A stretch of 63,703 nucleotides of DNA, counting the filler, from Octopus bimaculoides (taxonomy: Eukaryota), in assembly GCF_001194135.2 (NCBI RefSeq). It is 9 parts of 6 records of this genome, joined end to end, with 100 filler letters (N's around TTAATTAATTAA, not from the genome) between each part and the next. Parts side by side here need not be neighbours in the genome. Positions count along the whole stretch, not along the records: positions 39,260 to 42,774 come from NC_068994.1; positions 42,875 to 53,989 come from NC_068994.1; 7 more parts are not named here. One strand, given 5' to 3'. This document shows positions 39,326-52,649 of the stretch, piece after piece; position 1 is the stretch's first letter; each line of letters opens with the position of its first letter. The notes under the pieces are model-generated. The model had not been told where the DNA came from. It was given only the letters and a program-made list of their open reading frames with translations, and did no database searches. Both the position numbers and the translations under genes were made by a program.

Positions 39326-40274
39326 CGTATATCTATATTATATGTATATTCACGTATATGTTCTTCTCTTTCTTTAATGTAGAGTAAATTTTGACCGGCC
39401 ACCTACTTGGTAGCAAGGTTGTGAAGGAAAGCATCTTGTTTTGTTCAATCATCCTCTAAATTTTAACGTCCTGCAGATTTTTTAGTCCCAAATATCATGA
39501 TCAGTTGTAGTTTCTCTATGTATGTACATGTACTCGTTCACAAATTTACTGACACTCACATGCTATCAGTATGTTAACACGTGACTGTTTTTGTGTGTGT
39601 GTTTGTGTAGATACAAACGTATACCTACTGAAAAAAAAAACAACATACATTCATACTATCAGTGTATCATATCAATTCTTTAGTTTCATGTAAATTATAA
39701 CATAGATACATGTATTTATATAGAGAAACTCTGGCATGTGGAAAGATCAGTAACCATAAGTCCAATGCACTGTTCGGTTGCATCGTGGGTGTGAAGAAAA
39801 CTTCTCAGACATTCGATCATGTCTGCACCACACCTAAAAGATTTAAACTTTACCTTCTTGGTTAATATAATGAAAATGAATTAGTAATGGTTTTAAACTA
39901 TGCCAAATATTCACATACTCCTTAAGAGGGGGAAATAAAATACCTTGAACCAAGGTTAAATAAATCAATGAGGAGTAAGCTGTTGCGGAGACAAAATGTC
40001 CAGTGAGTGATACGATATCAGATATACATACCATCAAGAACAAACACAAATAAAAATGTTGAATGTGATCTAGTATTACCGTTTAAAAATAGTGTAAGGT
40101 ATTGAGAGAAGTGTATTTCCTTCTATTGTCAGTCTCAATATTAATATATTAGATGACGTCCACCGGCTTTACTGTCACTGATACAAGAATGACCAGCGAA
40201 CTGCTGAATATATTTGCAAACATCCTAGTCATGATGGCACCATTCAGTGTGCTTAGGCTTGGAGGGATATTGTA

Positions 40275-40314
<40 letters not shown>

Positions 40315-40526
40315 GACGGAGAGAGAGAGAGAGAGAGAGATAGAGAGAGAGAGAATGAGAGAGAGAGAGAGAAATGAAGAGAAGCACCCTAACATGAGAA
40401 AATTATATACATAAGCGCAGAGATATATGCCTACACAAATGCAAACATACACACGTACTATCAGAACGTTAAATCAATTCCATGGTTTTATGTAGATTAT
40501 ATAAACTTGCTGCACATACACCAATA

Positions 40527-40557
<31 letters not shown>

Positions 40558-41994
40558 NNNNNNNNNNNNNNNNNNNNNNNNNNNNNNNNNNNNNNNNNNN
40601 NNNNNNNNNNNNNNNNNNNNNNNNNNNNNNNNNNNNNNNNNNNNNNNNNNNNNNNNNNNNNNNNNNNNNNNNNNNNNNNNNNNNNNNNNNNNNNNNNNNN
40701 NNNNNNNNNNNNNNNNNNNNNNNNNNNNNNNNNNNNNNNNNNNNNNNNNNNNNNNNNNNNNNNNNNNNNNNNNNNNNNNNNNNNNNNNNNNNNNNNNNNN
40801 NNNNNNNNNNNNNNNNNNNNNNNNNNNNNNNNNNNNNNNNNNNNNNNNNNNNNNNNNNNNNNNNNNNNNNNNNNNNNNNNNNNNNNNNNNNNNNNNNNNN
40901 NNNNNNNNNNNNNNNNNNNNNNNTATGTATGTATGTATGTATACGGACAGATCTGTAGAACGATCAGTAAGTAAAATATGCATCAAGCACAAAACAAATG
41001 AATAGTTCCAATAAACTCAAATAACGTCTGGTAAATATTGTTATATTTTCTCTTAAAATGTCAGCAATACATCTGTAATAGTAACTTAGATCAGAGTTTA
41101 ACTTTACTTTTTTGTTATTGGTAAGGGGCTATGCCCATGCCTTTCAACTCCCCGCTGCAATCATGCGACAATAGGGTGATGGTCGCTTTCCACAGACCTG
41201 TAAGAACACTGCGCAAATGTGTCATTCAAGCAATGTGAGTCCACGTCTCACTCATAGCAGTGCCATTCCATCCCATCTATTTATGAAGATGGAGAACAGT
41301 GAGGGATCGATCTGTATAATTAGACTACCTACAAAATTAAATAAGATGAAAAAAACAGTACGCAACGGAAGAATATAACCAAAACTATAAAGTTGGTGTA
41401 CACTTCCTGTAAAGAGGGAACAGTACTTGACGAAAAAGAGATCATATCTAATGAAAGAGAGCCAATATTCTGCGAGAAACGACAAGACTCCTTCCTGAAC
41501 GAAATGAAATTCAATCAGTCGCAAGAAAAAAAAAAACAGGGAAAAACAGGCGTCTAACAAGACTCCTATACAACACCGTGGACTCTCGTGGACTCTACTG
41601 TCATAAACAACAGACGAGGGTTCCGCAATTTCTCGTTGAACAATCTGCACAGATAATGTTTATAGTGATCAAATGTCTGTGTTGTACATTGGCTCATTCC
41701 TGCCATGAAATTGATATTACCAGTACAGGTGCATGGTGTGCCAGGCAATCAGATTTCGAAGTGGTCTAAAATCAACCTGAAATGAAGTGTTTGCCCAAAA
41801 ATACAACGCGTAGCCTGCACTGAAATTTATTATTACAGTTAATGATAAAGATGTTTTTTTATTAATTGAGGTTCAATGACTGACAGAAAATCATAGAGAG
41901 TTACTGGCCACTTCTCTTTACGAAACGGGTTGAAATCTCGTCGAAATCCAGTTTGTCTTTCATTCGTGGATGAAAATAGTACTGTAGTCGAGTT

Positions 41995-42034
41995 AAATGC
42001 AGATTTGGTAGACGGAAACTGAAAGAAGCCCGTC

Positions 42035-42120
<86 letters not shown>

Positions 42121-42375
42121 TTCTATGTGTGTGTCTTTGTGTCTGTGTTTGTCCCCCACCCACATAAACACACATCGCTTGACAACCGGTGTTGGAGTGT
42201 TTGTTTCTCCGTAACGTAGCGGTTCGGCAAACAGAACGATAGAATGAATACCCTTTCTTTAAAAAAAAAAAAAGAAGTATTGAGGTCGATTCATTCGACT
42301 AAACATTCAAAGCGGTGTCCCAGGATGGCAGAAATCTAATGACCGAAACAAGCAAAAGATAAAAGCTAAAAGATT
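41995..42375 (+). mobile_element. SINE family A (3' two-thirds) with a long internal (TA)n
   Basis: gatttggtagacggaaactgaaagaagcccgtcg-(TA)n-gtgtttgtcccc...catcgcttgacaaccg...aaaaga tail. Confidence 0.9.
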
Positions 42376-42874
42376 AAGTTAACAACTCAAGACTATATAG
42401 ACACCGTTTGTGCAAAGATCAGTGAACGTTTCATTACATAACACTAGACATTATACGCCAGATCTTGTTATACACAAATATAATTCACTATCGGTTATTC
42501 GTTAAGTCTTTTGATAAGGTGCTTAACTTTTCTCATTTCGATTGATCTAGCTATTGAATAGATCACAGGTTATTAAAAGAAAGCGAGCGAGTTGCTACGA
42601 AAAAAAGTATTTTTTCTATTAACAATGATGTTTGTTTCAATTCACAAAATAAAACTGTTTACCAAACTGGGAGTCCTTCGAAAGTTTGTGCAAACTATCT
42701 CTTATCCCTTACTCGTTGCAATCATTGGACTGCAGCCATGCTGGGGGTGGGTGGGGGCATTGCCATGAAAGGTTNNNNNNNNNNNNNNNNNNNNNNNNNN
42801 NNNNNNNNNNNNNNNNNNTTAATTAATTAANNNNNNNNNNNNNNNNNNNNNNNNNNNNNNNNNNNNNNNNNNNN

Positions 42875-42954
42875 TTCTACTATAGCCTCGGGCCGACCAA
42901 AGCCTTGTCAGTGGATTTGGTAGACGGAAACTGAAAGAAGCCCGTCGTGTATGC

Positions 42955-42987
<33 letters not shown>

Positions 42988-43203
42988 TATATGTTTGTGT
43001 CTGTGTTTGTCCCCACAACATCGCTTGACAACCGATGGTAGTGTGTTTACGTCCCCGTAACTTAGCGGTTCGGCACAAGAGACCGATAGAATAAGTACTA
43101 GGCTTACAAAGAATAAGTCCTGGGGTCGATTTTCTCGACTAAAGGCGGTGCTCCAGCATGGCCGCAGTCAAATGACTGAAACAAGTAAAAGAGTAAAAGA
43201 GTA
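42875..43203 (+). mobile_element. SINE family A, best-preserved copy (5' end in gap)
   Basis: ttctactatagcctcgggccgaccaaagccttg...ggcggtgctccagcatggccgcagtcaaatgactgaaacaagtaaaagagtaaaagag. Confidence 0.92.
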
Positions 43204-43869
43204 AAATACATCTAATTGAAAATATCTTTTAAACAAGATTTTATCATCAGGCATATTCACAGGGAAACACATCTTACCAAATATCTTTGAAACTTTGAAG
43301 GATTGAAGCTTTAATAAATATAGAATGAACTGATAAATGATTAAAATCGAAAGTACACTTTCGTATATCAACGGATTTAAATGCCTCATCTGCTTATCCG
43401 AAAAATATAATATATATGATGCAGCCGCTTTGTTTGTTGAACTTAAAGCTGGAATTAGTTTCTCATCAGAGTAAGTAGCTCTTACGCACATTTACTTTAC
43501 CTATCGAGTAAATAACATAACATCCTGTTTATTTGTACTTTTTGTTCTCACAAAACTCTTCAAGGTCTCAACACGCATCTTGCGTAAATATCTGTTATGT
43601 GTATGTCAACTTCCGTCACTTTAAACTATATACAAAATTATATACACCGCAATCCAAACACAAAAATATAAAATCATATATTACTACAATATAACAATAA
43701 CGGAGAAACTCTTATGTTATTATACGAAATTGAAATGAAACACAAGTAAAGAAACCCCATAAAGATAGCAATAATCCCTCCAAATATTAATCGGTAATCG
43801 AATATATGTACCTCTTGTTTGATTTTCAAATTGTCCTTGTCTGCAAATTGTCCTTCAGCGACCCTTTGC

Positions 43870-44105
43870 ATTCTCCAGTTAAGCATTCTGAAATTCACCA
43901 TCAAGAAATGGGACCAGATACTTTAATATTTTACATTTCGAAGGCCCACAGCTCTTCAATATTCTGTTAAAAAAGAAATTTACGTGGTGTGGGTGCTTTC
44001 AAGAGAAAACTACAACTGGACATCCTTTTAGATGGGGTTCCGTATGAACCTAATTCACGGTCAGCGACGCAAATAAGGGGAACAACATCAAACTCCCTCA
44101 TTCAC
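43870..44105 (+). mobile_element. CR1/L2-type LINE 3' relic
   Basis: EGPQLFNILLKKEI...GAFKRKL...LDGVPYEP...TSNSLIH resembles the GP.LFN.LP...FK..LD...VPDEP ORF2 C-terminus. Confidence 0.65.
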
Positions 44106-44268
44106 GAAAAAAAAAAAAAGAATATACGATCGAACACATTCTAAAGAAACTGGTGTTGGTCTGTATTGGCAAGACTTGTATTATTTGTTAAAATCGACAA
44201 AAAGAAAACGGTGAACTTGCTACGGAGAGTGAAAACTTAAACGTGTATAATTTCTTTCCTGTCAACTT

Positions 44269-44303
44269 TTTCCTGAAGAAGGACTTAGTCCGAAACATCG
44301 GAA
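44269..44303 (+). ncRNA. Penelope-type minimal hammerhead motif, canonical C3-G8 core, probably decayed
   Basis: tttc-CTGAAGA-A-GGAC/TTA/GTCC-GAAAC-ATC-ggaa: perfect helix II and 4-bp helix I; ACAT in place of palindromic ACGT (a CpG transition). Confidence 0.5.
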
Positions 44304-44334
44304 TTTCCATTCCACACGATAAATTAAGTATCAC

Positions 44335-44525
44335 TTAATCAGCACTGGGGTCGATGTTATTAACTTAATCCCTTTGTCTGTCCTTGTTTGTCCCCTCTAT
44401 GTTTAGCCCCTTGTGGGCAATAAAGAAATAAGAAACGTTAGCACGCTGGGCAAAATGCTAATCGGTATTTCGTATGTCTTTACGTTCTGAGTTCTAATTC
44501 CACCGGGGTCGACTTTGCCTTTCAT
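44335..44525 (+). mobile_element. SINE family C pieces in tail-then-head order
   Basis: ctggggtcgatg... (tail) precedes gttagcacgctgggcaaaatgct...gtcgactttgcctttcatc (head and body). Confidence 0.7.
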
Positions 44526-45717
44526 CAGCATCGTCATCATCATCATCATCACCATCATCATCGTCATCGTCATCAGTAGCAGCAGCACGAAACACTATCA
44601 TCACAGCCACCATAATCATCATAACCATCACAACCACCACAAATATTCTAACCACTACAACCACCACCACAACTACCACAACCATACACACATACATACA
44701 TGTGCCCCCCATTTATACATACATAAGCATTNNNNNNNNNNNNNNNNNNNNNNNNNNNNNNNNNNNNNNNNNNNNNNNNNNNNNNNNNNNNNNNNNNNNN
44801 NNNNNNNNNNNNNNNNNNNNNNNNNNNNNNNNNNNNNNNNNNNNNNNNNNNNNNNNNNNNNNNNNNNNNNNNNNNNNNNNNNNNNNNNNNNNNNNNNNNN
44901 NNNNNNNNNNNNNNNNNNNNNNNNNNNNNNNNNNNNNNNNNNNNNNNNNNNNNNNNNNNNNNNNNNNNNNNNNNNNNNNNNNNNNNNNNNNNNNNNNNNN
45001 NNNNNNNNNNNNNNNNNNNNNNNNNNNNNNNNNNNNNNNNNNNNNNNNNNNNNNNNNNNNNNNNNNNNNNNNNNNNNNNNNNNNNNNNNNNNNNNNNNNN
45101 NNNNNNNNNNNNNNNNNNNNNNNNNNNNNNNNNNNNNNNNNNNNNNNNNNNNNNNNNNNNNNNNNNNNNNNNNNNNNNNNNNNNNNNNNNNNNNNNNNNN
45201 NNNNNNNNNNNNNNNNNNNNNNNNNNNNNNNNNNNNNNNNNNNNNNNNNNNNNNNNNNNNNNNNNNNNNNNNNNNNNNNNNNNNNNNNNNNNNNNNNNNN
45301 NNNNNNNNNNNNNNNNNNNNNNNNNNNNNNNNNNNNNNNNNNNNNNNNNNNNNNNNNNNNNNNNNNNNNNNNNNNNNNNNNNNNNNNNNNNNNNNNTCTA
45401 CCTTATTTTCCTTGCTATTTCTTCTCTCTACATTTTCCCTTTCTATCTAATCCACGCCCTTCTCATTGCCTTCTCCTCTTCCTCTCACATTTTCCTATTC
45501 TCTCCCTCCCCTCCCACTTTCGTTGTTTTTCTTGCATTAAAAAAAACGTACGGCAGCATAAAAATGATATTGTTTTAAACAAAATTTTTTTTTTTTCTAC
45601 GAGTTAATCTAAATTTTTTTCCCGAAAAATGTCTTTAAAAAATTATGCATGAATGTATGTGTATTTACATGCTTTTTTCGTGTGCAGGTGTAAGTGTGCA
45701 CGCACGCATACACATAG

Positions 45718-45815
<98 letters not shown>

Positions 45816-46038
45816 GTATATACATATATATGTACGAATGTGTATGTATGCGTATAACCTTGAGCGTGTACATTGTATGTACATACATACATATACATAT
45901 AGGCATATACATACATGCATATATATATATATATGCACGCATATATGTACATACACACGCACACATGTGTATGTATGTATGAGTATATATATATATGCAT
46001 ATATGTGTGTGTGCAGTATATACATGTATATATATGTG

Positions 46039-46086
<48 letters not shown>

Positions 46087-47472
46087 TACACACGTACATA
46101 TATGTGTGTGTGTGTGTTTATACAGGGTGTGAAGGGTGCATAGAAAACTGGCACGTTGACGAACCAAATACATAAATATATATATTAGCGCATATATACG
46201 TATAAACATATTCGTATAAAAATACACTTGCATACATAGATATGTACGTACATATGAAGAGAGAAAAATGCACACGCACACACACACGCATGTACACGCA
46301 CGCACACACACACACACACAAGCAAATTCTTATACACATGCATCTTTGCGACAAATACAGGAGTCGCTCCTCATAACTGAAACGCAACCAATTTTAAACA
46401 CCAAATACACGTAGATGAGGGCCTTACAATTGCCCGTGGTTGCATGTGTTGTTCACACATATGATGCGGAATATGAACGTAAATAAATTAATTAAAAAGT
46501 CTCTATCTGATCTGATATAAACGAAATTGTTACAAACACACATATGGACGCACATACTTACATATAAGCACGAACACATAAGTGCGTGCACACATATGAG
46601 CGTGCACACATACGAGCTTGCACACNNNNNNNNNNNNNNNNNNNNNNNNNNNNNNNNNNNNNNNNNNNNNNNNNNNNNNNNNNNNNNNNNNNNNNNNNNN
46701 NNNNNNNNNNNNNNNNNNNNNNNNNNNNNNNNNNNNNNNNNNNNNNNNNNNNNNNNNNNNNNNNNNNNNNNNNNNNNNNNNNNNNNNNNNNNNNNNNNNN
46801 NNNNNNNNNNNNNNNNNNNNNNNNNNNNNNNNNNNNNNNNNNNNNNNNNNNNNNNNNNNNNNNNNNNNNNNNNNNNNNNNNNNNNNNNNNNNNNNNNNNN
46901 NNNNNNNNNNNNNNNNNNNNNNNNNNNNNNNNNNNNNNNNNNNNNNNNNNNNNNNNNNNNNNNNNNNNNNNNNNNNNNNNNNNNNNNNNNNNNNNNNNNN
47001 NNNNNNNNNNNNNNNNNNNNNNNNNNNNNNNNNNNNNNNNNNNNNNNNNNNNNNNNNNNNNNNNNNNNNNNNNNNNNNNNNNNNNNNNNNNNNNNNNNNN
47101 NNNNNNNNNNNNNNNNNNNNNNNNNNNNNNNNNNNNNNNNNNNNNNNNNNNNNNNNNNNNNNNNNNNNNNNNNNNNNNNNNNNNNNNNNNNNNNNNNNNN
47201 NNNNNNNNNNNNNNNNNNNNNNNNNNNNNNNNNNNNNNNNNNNNNNNNNNNNNNNNNNNNNNNNNNNNNNNNNNNNNNNNNNNNNNNNNNNNNNNNNNNN
47301 NNNNNNNNNNNNNNNATGTCCTATTTTAATTACTGATATGACATAATATGTCGCATGTGTTTGTATATTGTTAATTATTGTCCTCTTAGTTAACAAATAA
47401 ACAAGTAAATTGACATAATACAATGTCTGCAAGTTGATGAATACCATCTATTCTCCTCCATGTTCTTATTTC

Positions 47473-47522
<50 letters not shown>

Positions 47523-48066
47523 CACGCGCGCGCGCACACATGTATAATGTACGCATATGTGTGTATATATAAATGTGTTTGTGTATGTATAAGAATGTGT
47601 ATGTTTATAATGCTCTCTGCCATACAAAAGAAAGACAAACATCAACGAAACGAAAGCATGAAAAAGGAACAAAATAGCGAAAGGATGCTGTGATTGGTTT
47701 GGGTGGAGGAAAGAGGCTTAATGTTGAGGATTTGAGTAGAAACTGAGAGAGAGAGAGAGAGAGAGAAAGAGAAAGAGAGAGAAAGCGAGAGAGGATGAGA
47801 GATAGTGAAAGACTGAAAGGAGGCGAAGGAGAGAAAGAGAGAGAGATAGCTTGCCTCTGTGTGGGTGTTTGTGTATGTGTGTGTGTTGAAGTCAAGGAAG
47901 ACATCCATTCCGCAAGATCGATTCCTTGCCAAAAATCTTGTATTTCGCTTGAGGCCATGGCTGAGATAAAGAGACAGAGAGAATGTGGAATGGGAGTAAT
48001 ACAGCGAAAGGTATAGCAAAATATGTGAGTATGTTTGTGTTAGAAAGAGTGGGTGAGAGAAAAATA

Positions 48067-48103
<37 letters not shown>

Positions 48104-48579
48104 GTAGTCGTAGCTTGAGGCACATGTAGATATAGAAGTGTGCGTGGTGTCTTGAGACAGACATTCGAATACTAATAAGCTAAGAGGCAGACAGTGATGG
48201 ATAAGTTGATAGATAGATAGATACTGAAACAGATAAACAAAGATAGAATGACTATTAGACAGCTATGCCTATAGACAGAGTGATATATAGATAAATGATA
48301 GGTAGAGGATTGATTCGGTAGATAGATAGGATAACAGAGAAAGAGAAAAGATAGATAGATAGATAAATACATACAAGCAGATATACATATAAATAGGTAA
48401 GTTGTTAGCTGCTGGAGAGGGACAGACTGGTAGATAGATATATAGATAGAGAGAGACATTGAGACATATAAACAGACACAAAGATGAAGTGACTGAGAGA
48501 TGTATAAATAAATGAAATAAGTATAGTGTTAACCCAGTAGACAGATAATCTGTTGAGACAGATGGACAGACAGCTATGC

Positions 48580-48610
<31 letters not shown>

Positions 48611-49695
48611 ATCATTGATAAAGAGAGAGTGTGAGAGAGAGAGAGAGAGAGAGGAATTCCATTGTTCTTAGACGAAGACGTGGCTTCTTAAAGAATCCTA
48701 TCAATGTAAAGTCCGTTCTTCAAATATGCCTCACAGCATTGCAGCATGGAACTATATTCACGTGGCGTGGATGTATAGAGGTGATGTGGTGACGGTGGTG
48801 TTTGGCGGAGTGGTGAAGTGGTCTGTATCCTCTGGTGCAAGCTGGGCTGGCGTTGGATGCTGTGTTTGTTATTTAGCATTGTCTGGTTCTAACCTGGCTG
48901 TGTACGTGTTGTGGGTGTTTGGGGGGGGGGGTGATTGGAGGGTGGTTATAGAAGCGAATTGGTGTTCTCGTTGTAGTGATGTACCGCTTGTATGGATGCG
49001 AAAGCTGGACAGTTAACAAACAAAACACAAGAACAATTGACGTGTACGAAACGGTCGTCTTAAGATGTGTTTGTTGTCGTTGTTGTTGTTGTTGTCGTTG
49101 TTATTGGTGGTGGGGCTAGTGGTGGTTTTGGCTGGCCCTGTGGGTGATATGACGGTGATGATGTGTTACTGTATAGTATAGAATTAGTCTAGCCATGCTG
49201 TATGTGTCATGCAGTGCTGTTAGTGTGCTTGTCTAGGATCTGAATCTTGTACTAGTAATGACGATATTATTTATAATACAGGCGTAGCTGTATGGCAGGC
49301 GTAGGTGTGGTTGTGTGGTAAGAAGTTTGTGTGTGTGTGTATAAAGTGAGCTGAGTCATGGGTTAAAATAACCGTCTAAGGGATAGAAGTATCCATTACA
49401 CAACCATATTCAACGTTTTCCTTTTTCTTCTCTATGATCTTTATTTATTCTACACTCTGTTGAAGCTCCATGTTTCAGATCGGTTTTATTACCAAATGTG
49501 ATAAATATTTTAGCGTATCAATGGCAATACCATACAACGTTGGAAGCAGAAACAGCTGTTAGATGGGATGCAGTCTATTTGTATTGAATTAATAAATAAT
49601 AATTGTTGTAAGTCAATCGTTGTTCATCGATATTTCTCCATTTTCTGTCTTCTTTAAATTACACACACACACACACACATATATACATACCTCTA

Positions 49696-49736
<41 letters not shown>

Positions 49737-49778
49737 GATCCCTTATGATCCCTTAATGAGGTTTATTACCTTTACTTG

Positions 49779-49809
<31 letters not shown>

Positions 49810-49911
49810 GCGCAGGAGTGACCGTGTGGTAAGTAGCACACACGCACACACACATATGTACACACTGTATACACACATATAATATATATACACATATATA
49901 TACACATATAT

Positions 49912-49942
<31 letters not shown>

Positions 49943-50339
49943 CATATATTTATATATATACACATATATGTATGTAAATATTTATTCATTTATATACGTA
50001 CGCATACATACACGCAGACATATACACACGTATATATACATACATATATATATATATACATATGTATACACATATACACACACACATATATATATACATA
50101 TATATATTTATATATATACACATATATATGCATGTATATATTTATTCATTTATATACGTACGCATACATACACGCAGACATATATAGTACTGTACACACC
50201 TAACCAGGCTGTATATGTGACGTGTAGTAATGTTGAAACCTGTTAGGGTACCGGTGTAGTGGTGCACTTGTAGTAAATGGTATGTAATGCGGAAGCAGGA
50301 CAAACAAGTTAGCAAATAAGGCTAGAAGGACAATTTTGG

Positions 50340-50550
50340 TGCATTCGCTATGTGGTGCCGGCGAAGATTATTGAGAATATCCAGGATAGAAACTGGAACA
50401 AACAGATCAATATTGCAGCAAGTGAAACTTCAGAGTACTTTGGAAGCATTGATTGTGTGTAACAAAAGATTAAAGTTCTTTGGTCACGTTATGAAGGCTG
50501 ATGGCATGGACGAGATCTTCATGTTAAGGAAACCTGAAGGTTTTGTAAGT
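50340..50550 (+). mobile_element. RTE LINE C-terminal relic
   Basis: AFAMWCRRRLLRISRIETGTNRSILQQV...RLKFFGHVMKADGMDEIFMLRKPEG matches the AFEMWC.RR.LRI...L..FGHV motif. Confidence 0.8.
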
Positions 50551-50574
50551 AAAAGTAAAGCTCGCTTCTAGAGT

Positions 50575-50746
50575 CATACCGACTCATAAGGGCAGGATGA
50601 CTCATTTTCGCCAGCTGAGTGAACTAAAGCAACGTGAAATGAAGTGTTTTGCTCAAGAACATAATGCGTCGCCCGGTCCAGTAATCGAAACCACAATCAT
50701 ATGATCATGAGCTCAACGCCCTAACCGCTAAGCCACGCGCCTCCAC
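50575..50746 (-). mobile_element. tRNA-derived SINE family D
   Basis: Minus strand gtggaggcgcgtggcttagcggttagggcg...gtggtttcgatt...ttcttgagcaaaacacttcatttcacgttgc; second copy at 52650-52880. Confidence 0.8.
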
Positions 50747-51147
50747 TAACCTGTAGATTTAAGAGCAAAAGAGGGAGCCTTAAGTCTGTCCTGCGATCTA
50801 GGATTCTTAAAACCGGAGCATAACTTGGTTTCTATGGAATATAAGTGATAGATTACAAAACTAACCCCTGAACTGGACGCAGTTCCGCCACAGGGGGAAC
50901 TCCCCGGCTATTTCTTAAACATTATTTATAATACAGGCGTAGCTGTATGGCAGGCGTAGGTGTGGTTGTGTGGTAAGAAGTTTGCTTCTCAACTGTGCTT
51001 CTCAACTTTGATTCAATCCCACTGTGCCGCACCTTGGTCAAGCGTCTTCATTTATAGTCCTGCACCAACTATAATAATAGTAATAAAAATAATAATAATA
51101 ATGATGATGATGATGATAACAACAACAGCAGCAACAACAATAATAAC

Positions 51148-51179
<32 letters not shown>

Positions 51180-51180
<1 letters not shown>

Positions 51181-51666
51181 GATTCAGGCTAATCAACCAG
51201 ACATAGTCATTAAAGACTGAAATGACAATATTTGTAAATTAATGCATGTAAGTGTTCCCACTAATGAAAGTATACCTGTAACGGAATTTAACAAATTAAG
51301 TAAATATAAAGACCTGGAAATTGAAATACAAAAGATGTGGCATCTTAAAGCGAGACCTATTACTATTATTGTGGGTGCTCTAGGTATGATAAGAAAGGGA
51401 TGTCAAAAACACCTTGATAATATCCCAGGAGAAGCATGTCTCAGAGAAATCCAAAAGATTGTGCTGGCAAGTACTGCTCACATCCTTAGAAAAACCCTAT
51501 CAATTTAAATATCTGTGTTGTATTACATAAAGATATCTGCTACTGTCCCTGCTAAGTCTCCTCCCCAAGCTTTCGGTCATACTGTAACATCTCTTATCCT
51601 TCACTCGCCCTAGGACGCTGGGTGAGTCTCGTCGAGTGATTATAACAAACATGCAGACTAAAAGTA

Positions 51667-51705
<39 letters not shown>
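51180..51705 (+). mobile_element. 5'-truncated R4/Dong-like LINE (RLE domain, 3' UTR, (AAT)n tail)
   Basis: IQANQPDIVIKD*...KLSKYKDLEIEIQKMWHLK...IIVGALGMI...IQKIVLASTAHILRKTLSI*, followed by a 3' UTR and an (AAT)n tail at 51667-51705. An (AAT)-rich tract lies directly upstream. Confidence 0.88.
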
Positions 51706-51975
51706 CGATCTCAATAGTCTAAAACTAGTAATTTTATTGATCGTTTCTCACAGAGACTAAAATTTTCATTATGAATGCTTCGGTATAGGGTGACTGCAAT
51801 TGTGCAGTGATGATTGGACAACAAATCTAGCATACATAAAACATTACAGCTTCACGATCTATTGAGCGAAACGTTCTGAATATCAAAGAAACATATTTTT
51901 ATTAGCCACATCAATTTCAGTTTTAATGTGAGCAGATTTCTTTGTTTTTTGTTTGTTTGTTTGTTTGTTTGCTTG

Positions 51976-52006
<31 letters not shown>

Positions 52007-52050
52007 ATCGACAATAAGCGTATTAATATTTATATTTTAAACAAAATAAA

Positions 52051-52057
52051 ATGGCGA
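52051..52057 (+). CDS. Possible 7-nt first coding exon (ATG GCG A) of the plus-strand membrane protein
   Basis: aaaATGGCGA followed by a consensus donor GTAAGT. Phase 1 matches the GT dinucleotide opening the reading frame at 57104 (giving MASNNLNMTW). Short enough to be chance. Confidence 0.25.
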
Positions 52058-52308
52058 GTAAGTGTTTCAGCTATTTTCAGGGAGTAATGACGCTGTCACC
52101 GTTGTGATATCTATAATTATCTGGCGCTGGCTGGCATCATCTAGTAAGGGATACCCTGCCCAGGGTTATAAACTAGGGCTTTGGCAGCATGAAGCTAAAT
52201 GTAACAATAGGGAATTGATTATAGCCTGGTAATTCTGTAGTATCATAGGACACCGTGGGGTACTTGGTATTGCTTCTCCATATACCTTACTTTCTGGTAA
52301 TTAAAGTA

Positions 52309-52537
52309 TTGGGTTGTCCGGAAAGTTCGTGCCGATTTATAGTAGCTTACCTTTCAACTTATTTGCCATGAAACCATCTCAGTTCTGGGAAGAGATTATT
52401 TTCAAGTTAAAGGAAAGTTGGAGACGCATTGTGCAACAAAATTGTTCATATTTGATTGATTAAAAATGTAATGGCAAGTATTTATTGCCCTTTTTCTTTA
52501 ATTTTAAAAATCGGCACGAACTTTACGGACAGCCCAA
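52309..52537 (+). mobile_element. Mariner-derived MITE, 229 bp
   Basis: ~30-bp TIRs ttgggttgtccggaaagttcgtgccgattt / aaatcggcacgaactttacggacagcccaa with TA on both flanks. The interior retains SQFWEEIIFKLKESWRRIVQQNCSYLID*, a mariner C-terminus. Confidence 0.9.
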
Positions 52538-52649
52538 TAATATAAGTTCTACAGTTTACTGCGTGTTAGTGGAAGAATGGTGCCACTGTGGATTTTTGGG
52601 CGCCCAAAGCGCTTGCAAATAATCTATAGCAAAACGCTTATTGTTAAGG

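Noticed and set aside
41344-41770. Non-repetitive plus- and minus-strand ORFs of 60-130 aa
   Set aside because: No recognisable motif, no convincing splice sites, and no similarity to the missing decarboxylase or cupin exons.
43674-43904. Minus-strand 76-aa ORF ending near a possible donor (KIKQE|gtacat)
   Set aside because: No phase-compatible acceptor with an open frame. It overlaps antisense with a CR1/L2 relic.
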